DNA from: Octopus sinensis
Lineage: Eukaryota
DNA length: 64,000 bases
Direction: 5' to 3'
Assembly (NCBI RefSeq): GCF_006345805.1
Contig: NC_043017.1
Location: forward strand, 27,838,001-27,902,000
In this document: positions 27,428 to 40,706 of the stretch, piece by piece
Position numbering within the stretch: the stretch's first letter is position 1
Layout of the letters: every line of letters starts with the position of its first letter
The notes under the pieces: generated by a model
Seen by the model: only the letters and a program-made list of their open reading frames with translations
Database searches by the model: none
What the model was told of the DNA's origin: nothing
Position numbers and translations under genes: made by a program

Positions 27428-27462
27428 AATTGTAATTATGAGTGTATATTTGTGTATGTATG

Positions 27463-27502
<40 letters not shown>

Positions 27503-27748
27503 CACACACACATTAGTGTGTGTATGTGTGTGTCATTATTCAGTGTTATTTTAAGATTTTTTTCAATAGAGAAAGAATCGGTTTCCAAACTAGATCCAAT
27601 GCCTCTTCATTGGAATTTCAGCATCAACAACAGAGCATTTTTATATGTATGTATGTATGTATGTTTGCATATGTGAATATTTGTACGTTTTGTTTTATGT
27701 ATGTATTCTTATGCATATAACTTCATATCGAGACTTGCTCATATATAC

Positions 27749-28240
27749 TTAAATTACAAACTTCAGGAAAGTGTTACAGATTTTTACATTTCCAGTGATG
27801 GACTGGATCGGTACACTTCGAATTAGCTTTCTCCTTTCTGGTTCTGAGGAGCCTAATTTCTCACGATTAGTATTTTGGCAGGGTGTTAGATATCCCAGGT
27901 CCCCAATAATTACAGGTATAAACCTGTATTTGTAGTCTGGATAGAGTACCTTCAGGTTTCTCAAGCAGTTCAGCGTAGGTATTCTCTTTTTCACTGGTCT
28001 TCGGCTTTATGTTAAGATTCGCTGGGGAGCTAGTTTCCACACCTGTAACCAGTTTCTCTTCTCTATCCAAAATCCTTGCATCAGGTCTGTTGTACTTATA
28101 TTTTATTGAGGTCTTCAGTGCGCCAACACAATATTTGTTAAGTGTATCGGCCATGCACAGAAAATAACATCTGTCAGGGAATTTATACTCGGCACTGTTT
28201 GTGAAGGAAGCTTTATATAAGTTCATCTTGTCATTCCCTC
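27749..28240 (-). mobile_element. 3' fragment of an RLE-type non-LTR retrotransposon (R2/R4/NeSL-like), degenerate zinc knuckle plus restriction-like endonuclease
   Basis: Two frames join as RPDARILDREEKLVTGVETSSPANLNIKPKTSEKENTYAELL / RNLKVLYPDYKYRFIPVIIGDLGYL. This fits the PD..(D/E)xxxP..K..KY..L..IPVIIGALG pattern of RLE endonucleases. One frameshift. Confidence 0.85.
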
Positions 28241-28939
28241 AACTTTTAATGAAGATAAAGTTTACGGCCGATATAGCAAAAAGAAAAAAAAAAAAGGTGG
28301 GAGAGAGAAAAAGAGAGAAACTAATATACAGAATGTAGGGAAACATCAGAAAATGAAGACTATGAAAGCTTGGAGTATTCAATAACATGTGGAGAATAAT
28401 TTAAATGTTCTTTGAGAACGCTTTGTAAATTGGTACGTAAATATAATTGAAGCTACAGAACACCCGAAAAAACTTGTTTTGAAATTTTATTGTTTGTGTG
28501 TCACGGTTTTTTCTAAGTGAAAGGCGTTGATTATGGTAAATGTGTGTGGGGGTAGGTTACAGTTTCTTTCACTGGATTCCTTTGTTCTTTTTAAGTTTGT
28601 TGATATATACATACATACATTTATATATATATATATTTTTTTTTTCTGAGTAGCCTTTTTATACTTTTCTTCGAAATTTATTGTGGAATAAACAACGTGA
28701 AAAAATGTGCACAAACATTTTTTTCTTTTCTTTAACATTTGTTTTACTCAGTTCTACGCCACGTGGGTGGTATTAGTCATTCAAACGAATACACTAATTC
28801 ATGCTCATAAACATACCTACACACACATACATACACACACACACACACACATACACATTCACACACGCATATACAGGCATGTACATACGCATAAACATGT
28901 TTGGCTGCGCGTATATATAACTTCATAACAGTATAATGC

Positions 28940-29290
28940 AGATAGATAGACAGATAGATAGATAGATAGATAGACACATACACTAATACATGGAGAGATA
29001 GAGCGATAGACACATACACTAATAGATGGAGAGATAGAGAGATAGACACATACACTAATAGAGAGATAGACACATACACTAATAGAGAGATAGACACATA
29101 CACTAATAGAGAGATAGACACATACACTAATAGAGAGATAGACACATACACTAATAGAGAGATAGACACATACACTAATAGGTAGAAAGATAGATAGATA
29201 CACACATACACTAATAGATAGATAGATAGATAGATATATTGACTGATAGATAGATAGATATATTGACTGATAGACAGGGATAGATTAAGT
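28940..29290. repeat. 24-bp minisatellite (tagagagatagacacatacactaa) grading into (GATA)n
   Basis: About 9 units; appears as LLVYVSIS repeats in ORF 28777-29484. Confidence 0.92.
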
Positions 29291-29449
29291 GACAGATAGA
29301 TACATACATATATGTGTACATATGTATATATATTTAGATGTATATCTATGTATATCTCTTTATTCGTCTGTATGCATACACACAGACACTCAAGCACACA
29401 GAAGCACACACACACAAACACACACACAAACACACACACACACACACAC

Positions 29450-29488
<39 letters not shown>

Positions 29489-30765
29489 TGAAAAAAATAA
29501 AGGCAGGGACAGATTTACGACTTGTCAGATTGTTTTTTCATCTTTCAATATTGTTAATCTTAATTTGACACTGTGATATATTGGTTTATTTTGAATTTTA
29601 AAAATAAATAATATAAACATCCATATTATATTGTATGTGAAAAGTAGTATATTCAGAGATAGGTGACAGTCGCTTTTTATAATATATTTTATAGAAAAAA
29701 AAAAAAAACGAATGTCTTTCGGTGGCAGAATCGTTAGAGCATTAAACAATATACAACATAAAGTATTGTTATTTCCATTTTGTGGCTTTCATTTCTGTGA
29801 TGTTTTGTCATATTTCAACTCCCATTATGATGTATGTATGTATGTATGTGTGTCTGTGTGTATATCTAACTGAATTCTACACACACACACACACACACAT
29901 AAGCAGACTAATATAGACATATGTACTTATATATATTTGTAAATATATATTTATATTTACAAATGGCTCAGTGCTTAGGGAGCGGACTCGCGGTTTCGAT
30001 TCTCAGAGCGGGCGTTGTGGATGTTTATTCAGCGAAAACACGTAAAACTCCACGATGCTCCGCCAGGGTGGGGCAATCTCTGCTGTACTATTTCGCCATA
30101 ACTTCCTCTCACCCTTTCTTCTGTTGGCCTGCTAGCTTGGCTTGCTGGGTGGCGTCATTTGAAGGTTAAAACAATGTGAGGTGCATTGTGACCAGCGATG
30201 TGTAGCAAAAACTGATAGCCTGTTCAGTCACGGTGATATATATATATATATTATATATATATAATATATATATATATAATTTAATAGATAAAATATATGC
30301 ATACATACATACATAATATATGTACGTACCTACATCCACATGTATATATACATGCATATATATATATATATATATAATGAGTACAGGACTGAGCCGCCCT
30401 CGCGTCGTTTCTTTTCTTTTCTCCAAGTAAGTTTTTATATATACATACACACACACACACATATATATATATATAGATAGATATTTATGTATATTTATAT
30501 ATACATACCTATATACAAACATACGTACATACATGCCTGTATACATGCATAAGTAATTGTCTATATTCTCGACGACAGTGTAACAGAAGCCTCTCCTTTG
30601 TCTAATTGATTCCTTCGTATAATTGGACCCAATTTAGAAAGGATAGTTCCATGATCATTTTCGGTTGTGAATGCCAAATTCGAATGGTCGTCTAATCTTA
30701 TTAGGGGACATATCAGAAGGAAATGCTAATCGGAATATCAATAACATATCAATTTCTACATTATT

Positions 30766-30924
30766 TACATTATTTACATTTGAAGGATATTTGTCCTCAT
30801 CTTGTTTGTTGTTAACCCGCCAGCCTTCATCAGGTGTCTTGGGGAAATTTTGAACCTGGGTTTCGAACGTTGTCTTAAGAACAAACAAGATGTGGACAAA
30901 TATCCGTCAAATGTAAATAATGTA
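30766..30924. repeat. 45-bp inverted repeat built from Penelope-like terminal sequence
   Basis: 30766-30810 versus 30880-30924, 43/45 complementary; CTGATGA on the minus strand within the loop (30827-30833). Confidence 0.8.
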
Positions 30925-31257
30925 CATAATTCCTCATCTCTTAAATATAGAACTGTAATATCAATTTCTGTATGTATTATTCTAAATCGTGTCGCAGGCC
31001 AGTACCTGCGCGCTCACATACACATACATTCATATACACGCATAGACAGATACGTATACTTATACGCTCTTGTATATACGTATGCATATACCTATACATA
31101 TGCATGATTATATAAATGTGTGTGTATATGTATATATATTATAATATATAAATGTGCGCGTGTATATATATGTGTACTTAGTAAACACCAGTCGCGTTTT
31201 TTTTCCCTCTGTTCGCCCACCTCGGGATCTTTCTTTCTTCTTTCTTCCTTCTCTTAT

Positions 31258-31292
31258 ATTTCCGACGAAGAGCTCCGCTCGAAACGTCATAC
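31258..31292 (+). ncRNA. Minimal hammerhead motif (U4 mutated to C)
   Basis: CCGACGA-A-GAGC-UCC-GCUC-GAAA-CGUC; stem I is poor. Confidence 0.55.
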
Positions 31293-31384
31293 CCTCCTTC
31301 TTCCATTTTTCCTGAGCGCCTAATAATAATACTTTATTTGTTCCACGTGTTGTTGTTTTTTCTGTTTTCCCGTTTGGATTAACC

Positions 31385-31421
<37 letters not shown>

Positions 31422-31470
31422 CGGTGGCCACTAAACACATTTTTTTCTTTCCTTGTTTCTTTCTCTGTTC

Positions 31471-31506
31471 TTTTCTGTGGAAGAGCGTAGGCTCGAAACG
31501 TAAAAG
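31471..31506 (+). ncRNA. Hammerhead-like motif with non-canonical core CUGUGGA
   Basis: UUUU-CUGUGGA-A-GAGC-GUAG-GCUC-GAAA-CGUA-AAAG; the second copy at 52212-52247 (-) has CUGUAGA. Confidence 0.5.
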
Positions 31507-32984
31507 ACTTTTTCAATTCCCGAGCGTTATACTAATATATCTGTTTGTTTTCTACACCACCTGTCTTCGTCTTTTGTTTTTCTCGTGAATTCTCCCTATA
31601 TATATATATATATAATGAATTATAATATAACAAACGAGGGAAAAAAGTAATTCCTTCAAATGAGTGTGAACCATTCAATTCACTCGTATATGTGTGTGTA
31701 TGTGTGTAAATATGTACATGAGTGTTGTGTGTGCGCGCATATACGTATGTATATACGCATAGTACTCTACTTTGTTATCTGAGTTTGCAAAAGAAAAAGG
31801 TACCACGTTCTATGGAAACTATATATTTCAAAGAAAATAATGTACATTAAGTCAAGGCAGAGAGGTACATTGGGTATTAGCCAAAGAGAAAAAAAAAAAG
31901 ACATGAATTAGATTCATTGCTATATCGATTAATTTTTAGGAAATAAACAAAATTCTTAATCGGAAACGAAGCATGAATATTCAGTGAAAGGGAGATAAAA
32001 ATGCAAAAGATAAAACGAAATTAATCTAAAAACCAACTAAAACATGTTACTTGAGAAGGATACAGTGCAGGAAATATAGAATAATTTGGAGTATGCCTTA
32101 ACTAATTTATGAATCTATGAATATATATCTGTAATAAGGAAAACACGCACACATGCACGTCTATGAACACATGTGTCAGCCTCGATGCTAATGTTCGTAT
32201 GTATGTACGGGTTTGTTACAGTGCTGTTGAATCAGTTATGTAAATATACATCTATGTATCATAATATATGAATAATAACAAAGGTTAAAATTAATTAATT
32301 AAGAAGTAATCAGTAATTTCACCAAGCAGAATTCGGCATGAAAAAGACCATCTCATGGTAAGCTTAAGTAATACTTTATAAATAAGGTTTAGTACGTTGG
32401 TAACCTAATATAAAATGATTTTCGTTATTTTTCTCTTTTGCCTGCGCGGATTGTTTTCAAGTACGTTGGGTTTTCTGGGAGCCCCTTTTAAAGTAGAAGG
32501 AATAGCTAAAAAATTTTTTGACTGCTATTTATAAACTTCGGTATGTGGTGAAGCAAATCGTTGCTGAACCCTATTTATAAAGTATCATAATATATGTGTA
32601 AATGTGTATGTATGAAGAGAAATATTCCTATCAATTAGATGTGTTTTCTCTTTAGTTTAACAAGCTTAGAACCGAATATAACGCATCGGATCCAAGCATG
32701 ACATCAACTAATATAGCGTTTGGTACACAAAGTTTTAAAATACTTAATAAGTTGTATACATGGAGAGTGGTGATCTTGTGTTCTTGTCAGCGTGTTTATA
32801 AATATCGGATTAGATGTAAACATGAATGTATAAACTTGTGTACATGAGAGTGCGTGTATGTATAAACTTTTCTATATGTGCATGCATGTTATTGATTGTG
32901 TGTCTGTATGCGTGTGTAGGGGATCAGCTATTTCTTTTCCTATTCTTTTGACGAATACTTCGAATATTATTTTTGATAAAATTT

Positions 32985-33689
<705 letters not shown>

Positions 33690-34737
33690 CAACACCCTAG
33701 TTTTTCTTATTAGTTGCAATCAGTGACATCCCCACTGATGACTGCATTTCGAACGCATTGATGCAGCGTGTTGCAAGCGGTTGCAACGGTTGCAAGCGGT
33801 TGCAAGTGTTCGTGGGAATGAATTTCTAATTCATAGAATTTTCATCGAATTATTTTAAATCATTAAAATTTTGATTCTTGCATAATTTTCCGGCCAGCTT
33901 AACGCGTTGAAATCTGACTGCTAACAATTGATTCCTATTTTGCAAGGCGCGTGGCATCGTAGCTACGGTATTTTACTCATGATCGTAAGGTCCTGAGTTC
34001 GATACCCAGCCAAGCGTTGTATAATTGAGCAAGGCACTTTATTTCCTCCAGCTCCGGTTGAGATATCTGGCAAAATTTAGTTGTACGTGTAATTCTGTCT
34101 GTCAGCCTTATCGCATTCTGTGTCATACTGAATCTCATTGTGAACTACGTTAAGGGTACGCATGCGCATGTCTGTGGAGTACTCAGCCATTTGAACATTA
34201 TTTTCATGAGCAGGCTGTCCAATTTATCCTATTAGCTGGAATCATCCTCGTTGTAAATGACGGAGTCTGAGAACTTATGTCATTATTAATGGCTTCTCAG
34301 TTTTCGTTGTCGAGTTATTTGCTTCTCAAATTTTATATCGTTTATATTTTGCCAAGTGACCTGACCCTACAAAGTGTTGAAACTGAAGTGTATATATATA
34401 TATATCGGAAAAGAGATACATAATATATTACAAAACACACAAATTCTGTTAAGTTTATTGTAAACATACTTGACGATGTGTCAAAATTTTCATCGTCGAA
34501 ATAGAATCAGGTCTCTACCTCGGTTCAGTGGTATGGAAGTACATCAACGACCAGGCTACAGCTGTACATCAGCAGTTTTTACATCTAATAATGCGTTTAC
34601 AAGTAATTTACAGAGATAATTATATTTTTATTTCGAAATAATTCCTCCACGATATAATCCTTTCTACCTTCATTTCATGTTCTTTAATTCCACGTGTTTA
34701 AAACTAAATATATTTGTTCAAATGGGGGGAAACAAAA

Positions 34738-35400
34738 TATTCTTTTCTACTCTAGGCACAAAGCCCGAAATTTTTGTGGGAGGGGTCCAGTCGAACCCAG
34801 TACACAACAGGTACTTAATTTATCGACCCCGAAAGGATGAAAGGCAAAGCCAACCTCGGCCGTATTTGAACTCAGAACGTAAAGACAGACGAAATGCGAC
34901 TAAGCATTTCGTCCGCCGTGCTAACGATTCTTATTTCTTTGTTGCCCACAAGGGGCTAAACATAGAGTGGACAAACAAGGACAGACAATGGAATTAAGTC
35001 CATTAAATCGACCCCAGTGCATAACTGGAACTTTATTTATCGACGCCGAAAGGATTAAAGGCAAAGTCGACCTCGGCGGAATTTGAACTCAGAACCTAGC
35101 GGCAGACGAAATACCACTAAGCATTTCGCCCGGCGTGCTAACGATTCTGCCAGCTCGCTGCCGATATGAAACAAAATATCATAAGAAACGTTATTCGTTT
35201 TAAATATTGGTACGCCACCAGTAGTTTCGGAAGAGTGTGTAAGTCGATTTCATCGACTCCAGTGCTCGGCTGGTACATATTTTATCTATCGACCCCGAAA
35301 CGATGAAAGGCAAAGACGACCTCGGCGGAATTTGAATGTAGAACGTGAAGTGGGACAAAATGCCGCTAAGAATTTTGCTCGGCGTGTTAACGATTTCGCT
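34738..35400 (-). mobile_element. Head-to-tail cluster of SINE-B units
   Basis: Three cores (ttatcgacccc/gccgaaaggatgaaaggc-like) in the same orientation at about 34820, 35040 and 35290. Confidence 0.85.
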
Positions 35401-35453
35401 GTCTTCAGTATTTATTACAAGCGAAATTTAATCGATATATCGATAAATAAAAA

Positions 35454-35612
35454 GAAGTGGCTGTGTGGTAAGTAGCATGCTTACCAACCACATGGTTCCG
35501 GGTTCAGTCACACTGCGTGTCACCTTGGGCAAGTGTGTTCTACTATAGCCTCGGGCCGACCAAAGCCTTGTGAGTGGATTTGGTAGACGGAAGCTTAAAG
35601 AAGCCCGTCGTA

Positions 35613-35665
<53 letters not shown>

Positions 35666-35885
35666 GTGTGGTGTGTGTGTGTTTGTGTTTGTCCCCCTAG
35701 CATTGCTTGACAACCAATGCTGGTGTGTTTATGTCCCTGTCGCGTAGCGGCTCGGCAAAAGAGACCGATAGATTAAGTACTGGGCTAACAAAGAATAAGT
35801 CCTGGTGTCGAGTTGCTCGAATAAAGGTGGTGCTGCAGCATGGCCGCAGTCAAATGACTGAAACAAGTAAAAGAGTAAGAGTAGA
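35454..35885 (+). mobile_element. SINE-A, full length
   Basis: Head, internal TA/TG and tail present. Confidence 0.9.
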
Positions 35886-36239
35886 GTAGTTATAACATGA
35901 ACTAGGAAAGTAACAATAAGATATGTGGTGACTAAATACTAACATGACTATCTTAGTATTTATATAATCATTTTCATGACCTGTTTCACGCCTGTCACAA
36001 AACTGAGCAACGCTAATTTTGTAAAGAAATTTCCAAAACATCCTCTTCGTGAATGAACAGAAAACATATTGAATTAACACATCACAGCGTGCATTTCTGG
36101 CAATTCATAACTTTGAACTAAGATACACTTCGAACATTAACAGGGAAGGTTTGTATTAATAAACGTTTTGTTCATGAAATGAAAATGCTAAGGTGAAAAT
36201 AGATACATAAAAAGAAATCGTGGTTTCAGGAAAACTAGG

Positions 36240-36975
36240 AGGATGAGGATGTTGATGTTGATGATGGCGATGGTGGTGGTGACGATGATGATGGTGGTAG
36301 TGGTGACGATGATGATGATGGTGGTGGTGACGATGATGATGATGGTGGTGGTGATGACGATGGTGATGGTGGTGGTGACGATGATGATGATGGTGATTGT
36401 GACGACGATGGTGGTGGTGGTGACGATGGTGGTGGTGGTGGTGGTGACGATGGTGGTGGTGGTGGTGGTGACGATGGTGGTGGTGGTGGTGGTGACGACG
36501 ATGGTGGTGGTGGCGGTGGTGACGACGGCGATGATGGTGGTGGTGGTGGTGGTGACGACGATGATGGTGGTGACGGTGGTGACGACGACGATGACGACGA
36601 TGATGATGGTGATGGTGGTGGGGGTAACGATGATGATGGTGATGACGATGGTGATGGTGGTGGTGGCGACGACGATGATGATAATGGTGGTGGTGACGAT
36701 GATGATGATGGTGATGGTGGTGACGACGATGATAATGGTGGTGGTGACGATGATGATGATGGTGGTGGTGGTGACGATGGTGATGGTGGTGGTGGTGACG
36801 ATGGTGATGGTGGTGGTGGTGACGACGACGGTGATGGTGGTGGTCGTGACCATGACGATGATGATAGTGGTGGTGACAACGATGTTGATGGTGGTGGTGG
36901 TGACGATGATGATGGTGGTGGCGACGATGACGATGATGATGATGGTGGTGGTGGTGGTTGTGGTGACGATGATAC
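36240..36975. repeat. Cryptic trinucleotide repeat (GGT/GAT/GAC)n
   Basis: About 740 bp of in-phase GRY-type triplets; the long poly-V/M, poly-T/I and poly-P/S ORFs are artefacts of it. Confidence 0.95.
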
Positions 36976-37241
36976 TGATTATGTTTGTGAGACGCTTGCG
37001 ACTTTGATCTTTATGTCGATGTATATAAATGATGAAGAGACACGGTAGACATTTCCCCCCCCGCCAACATCATAATTATCATTATGTTGATCGTTTTGAA
37101 GATATAACATAACGATAATAATATGTTATCTAGTCATTTTATTACCTTCATTGTCTATGTAACCAATATCTCTCTTATTGTCATTATCACCAACGTAATA
37201 TAATGTGATTAATACATATCATTTAGAATTTTTAATTAAAG

Positions 37242-37275
37242 TTTCTTTTTTTTTTCCTTCTCTTTGCAGGTGAGT
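37242..37275 (+). other. Candidate recursive splice site (polypyrimidine tract-CAG|GTGAGT)
   Basis: 24 consecutive pyrimidines (37242-37265), GCAG ending at 37269, then GTGAGT. Confidence 0.5.
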
Positions 37276-37786
37276 CTCATTTTCATTCTTTTCAAAATGA
37301 AGAAATCGACTGCAAACACAACTTTTATTTTCCTATTCTCTTTGGACCTGTTGCATAACATTTTCATATCGCATATGGCTGTTGTGGTAATGTATATACT
37401 TTTAGTAAAATGGTTTCTGATAAAGTTATATGTATATCTGTATGAATTTCTATCTATCTATATATCGATATATCTATCTATCTATCTATCTATGTCCATA
37501 TGCCTGCCTATCTATCTGTTTGTCTGTTTTTCTATCTATCTATACACATATACATACATGTGTGTGCGCGTGTTTGCGTATAAATGTGCGCGTGTGAGTA
37601 TGTTTGCGTGTATGCGCGTGTACATTTCTGTATGTGCATAGATTTTCTGTGGTAGTCAGGATTTGAATACGGACTTCGGCCTTTAGAAGGATTCACAGAA
37701 AGGTACATAGAATGAAACAAGGAGAGAAAATAATGTGTAATTGCTAGTGATCTATCATATGTATATATATGTGTGGTGTATATATC

Positions 37787-37817
<31 letters not shown>

Positions 37818-38090
37818 ATATCTCAATCTCTATCTTTCTCCCTCTCTCTATATATATGTATATATACGTATATATATATTATATGTAATATATATATATA
37901 TGTATATATAATAGGTATATATATATATATGTTATATATATGTATATATATATATATTGTATATATATATATATGTATATATATATTATGTATATATATA
38001 TATATGTATATATATATGTATATATATATGTATATATATATCTATGTATATATATATGTATTATATATATATATGTATATATATATTATG

Positions 38091-38171
<81 letters not shown>

Positions 38172-38187
38172 GTATTATATATATATG

Positions 38188-38218
<31 letters not shown>

Positions 38219-39122
38219 GTTATATATATATATGTATATATATGTATATATATGTGTGTGTGTGTGTGTGTGGTGAATGTTTTGGACGTTCAGTTTAGGA
38301 GGAAATGAATGAAAAGAAGGAAGAAGGGATGTGTTTTAATAAGGAAAGATCATGTGTTCGTAGCTACAAACGTTATACGTTTTTTTAAATGTCTAAAGAT
38401 ATATTCGTAGTTTCTTTCTCATGTGAAGCACGTCAGATATTATTAATAATAATCTTTTCACTGGATATTATTAATAATAATGTTCTCTTTACTGTTAATG
38501 GAAAAATCCAATTAAGCAACCAACACAAACACATATACATCCCACATGTATACACTTAAACATAACACACACACACACATATACAAGTAAACGCACACAC
38601 GCACTTACACACACTCGCAAAACCTCCCCCACCAAATTTCATAGATTCTATTTTCTACAGCAAGGTAACATGAAAACTGACCAAACATATTGTTAAGCAC
38701 ACAATAAATAAAAGAAATTTTTTTTGCATTTGATAAAAATATTTGACGATTTTGACCTTTTATTAAGTTCAACAAACCCAATAAAGCACATCCTCCATTT
38801 TACCTTTCGCTTTTCCTTACTACTTTTCTTTTCTCTCTCTAAGCATGCCTTCAAAAATTCACTAGACAGAGACATACTTACACGCTTATACATACACATA
38901 TAGAGAAACATATATATCTAGATTACAAAGAACATCTCAACCATTCCCTAACATTCTCTTCCCAACTGTCGAAACAATAAATCCTATATTTATTTTTCAA
39001 GTAACTCCCCTATAAAAGTTATGGGTTTTCCACAAAAAAATTTCATTAATAATGGAATCCCTTAAAGAACGAATACGCTGAATAAACAGTTTTTATCCAA
39101 ATCCTGACTACCTGTACTTTTC

Positions 39123-39154
<32 letters not shown>

Positions 39155-39297
39155 TATTAGAAATTAAAAACTGGAAAATACGCACACTTACATGGTTATT
39201 ATATAATTTTAAGTTATCGGCCGGTTTCGCAATCCCTATTCATGGTAAATGTTTAATTTATATGAATATATATTTTTTCTTAAGAAGAAATATATAT

Positions 39298-39338
<41 letters not shown>

Positions 39339-39434
39339 TATGTATGCATCTATGTATGTATGTATGCATGTATATATGTATGTGGGTGCGCGTGTGTGCG
39401 TATGCAACCGTACGCGTGTCTATGTTTGCATGTC

Positions 39435-39466
<32 letters not shown>

Positions 39467-40194
39467 CGACATCAGTGAAATATGTAATGGAAATTGAGGA
39501 ATGATACTTTATTGGAATTTCACAAATCTAGAGTTGAGTTGGAATACAAAAGCAACACTTTTTTCTGTTGTAAAACTTTTATTCTAAGTATAACTATTCC
39601 AGGTCTTGTGAATATTGACGATCCCGTCTCATTCCACTTTTCTTCTTTTGCTTTCGGTTGTGCAAACCTCTGTGTCTGAGAGTATGTGTGTATAAATGAT
39701 GTGAACGGCTTTACAATGATACAAATGTAGATAATAGATATTAGCTGATCCAGTGGTATGTTTACCTGTGTTACAACCCACAACCGACGTATCCATTTTG
39801 TCTAGCACTTATCACAATCGAACGTACTTCGATGACTAAATGCTTTTAAAACTTTCGTTGGTTACTCACCAAACTTTCTTCCTCTAACCTGGTGCTTCTG
39901 AATAACAGAAATATTAACTAAACGCTAAGATAGAAGCACACGTAAGTACATAAACACGTGCACACAAACACGCATTTATATATTTATATATTCGCATTTA
40001 TACATACACACGGGTGCAGGAACGTATACATTGTGTATGCATGTAATATATACATATAAACGTATATACATCCTGGGTGTATGTATATATATATTATATA
40101 CAGAAACACACACACACACATATATATATATCATATACAGACATATATAAATATTATATTTATATACAGACACACACACCACATATATATATAA

Positions 40195-40235
<41 letters not shown>

Positions 40236-40681
40236 TATGCAGACATATATGTATGTGTATATATATATATATATTACTGTATAGACATATGTGTATATAT
40301 ATATATTGTATAGACATAGGTGTATATACATATTGTATAGACATATATGTGTATATATATATTGTATAGACATCGGTGTATATACATATTGTATAGACAT
40401 ATATGTATATATTATTATATACAGACATATATGTGTTTATATATATATATATTGTATAGACATATATGTGTATATATATATTATATACAGACATATATAT
40501 ATATACATACATACATTCATACATATATACATGCACACACACACATGCATGCATACATATAAATTATCGATTTTATATAACTAACACCTCAATACTTGTC
40601 ACTTTAACGGTTATTCTCATAGGAATATTAAACATATCTTATAAGAGAATACATACTCCTGTCTGAAAATCTCAAGCAAAA

Positions 40682-40706
40682 TCGTTTTATTTGCCTACAG
40701 GTAAGT
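40682..40706 (+). other. Second candidate recursive site, or donor of a non-coding exon (TACAG|GTAAGT)
   Basis: tcgttttatttgcctacag|gtaagt; the possible upstream exon 40623-40700 has stops in all three frames. Confidence 0.35.

Larger units (their letters stand above)
31140..31600 (+). mobile_element. Two adjacent Penelope-like terminal fragments separated by (TA)n, each with a hammerhead-like motif
   Basis: 31140-31385 matches the reverse complement of 33266-33470; 31421-31600 matches the reverse complement of 52120-52312 and 23695-23760. Both carry CYGNNGA-stem-GAAACGTH motifs typical of Penelope-like element termini. Confidence 0.7.

Noticed and set aside
28940-29290. Regularly spaced 24-bp repeats as a possible CRISPR-like array (also the tandem units at 40290-40500 and 52880-53160)
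   Set aside because: Units are directly adjacent with no unique spacers; these are ordinary minisatellites in eukaryotic DNA.
36188-37007. Poly-Pro/Ser, poly-Thr/Ile and poly-Val/Met ORFs of 214-254 aa that look extensin- or mucin-like
   Set aside because: Open in several frames on both strands because they are a pure triplet repeat; no unique coding flanks.
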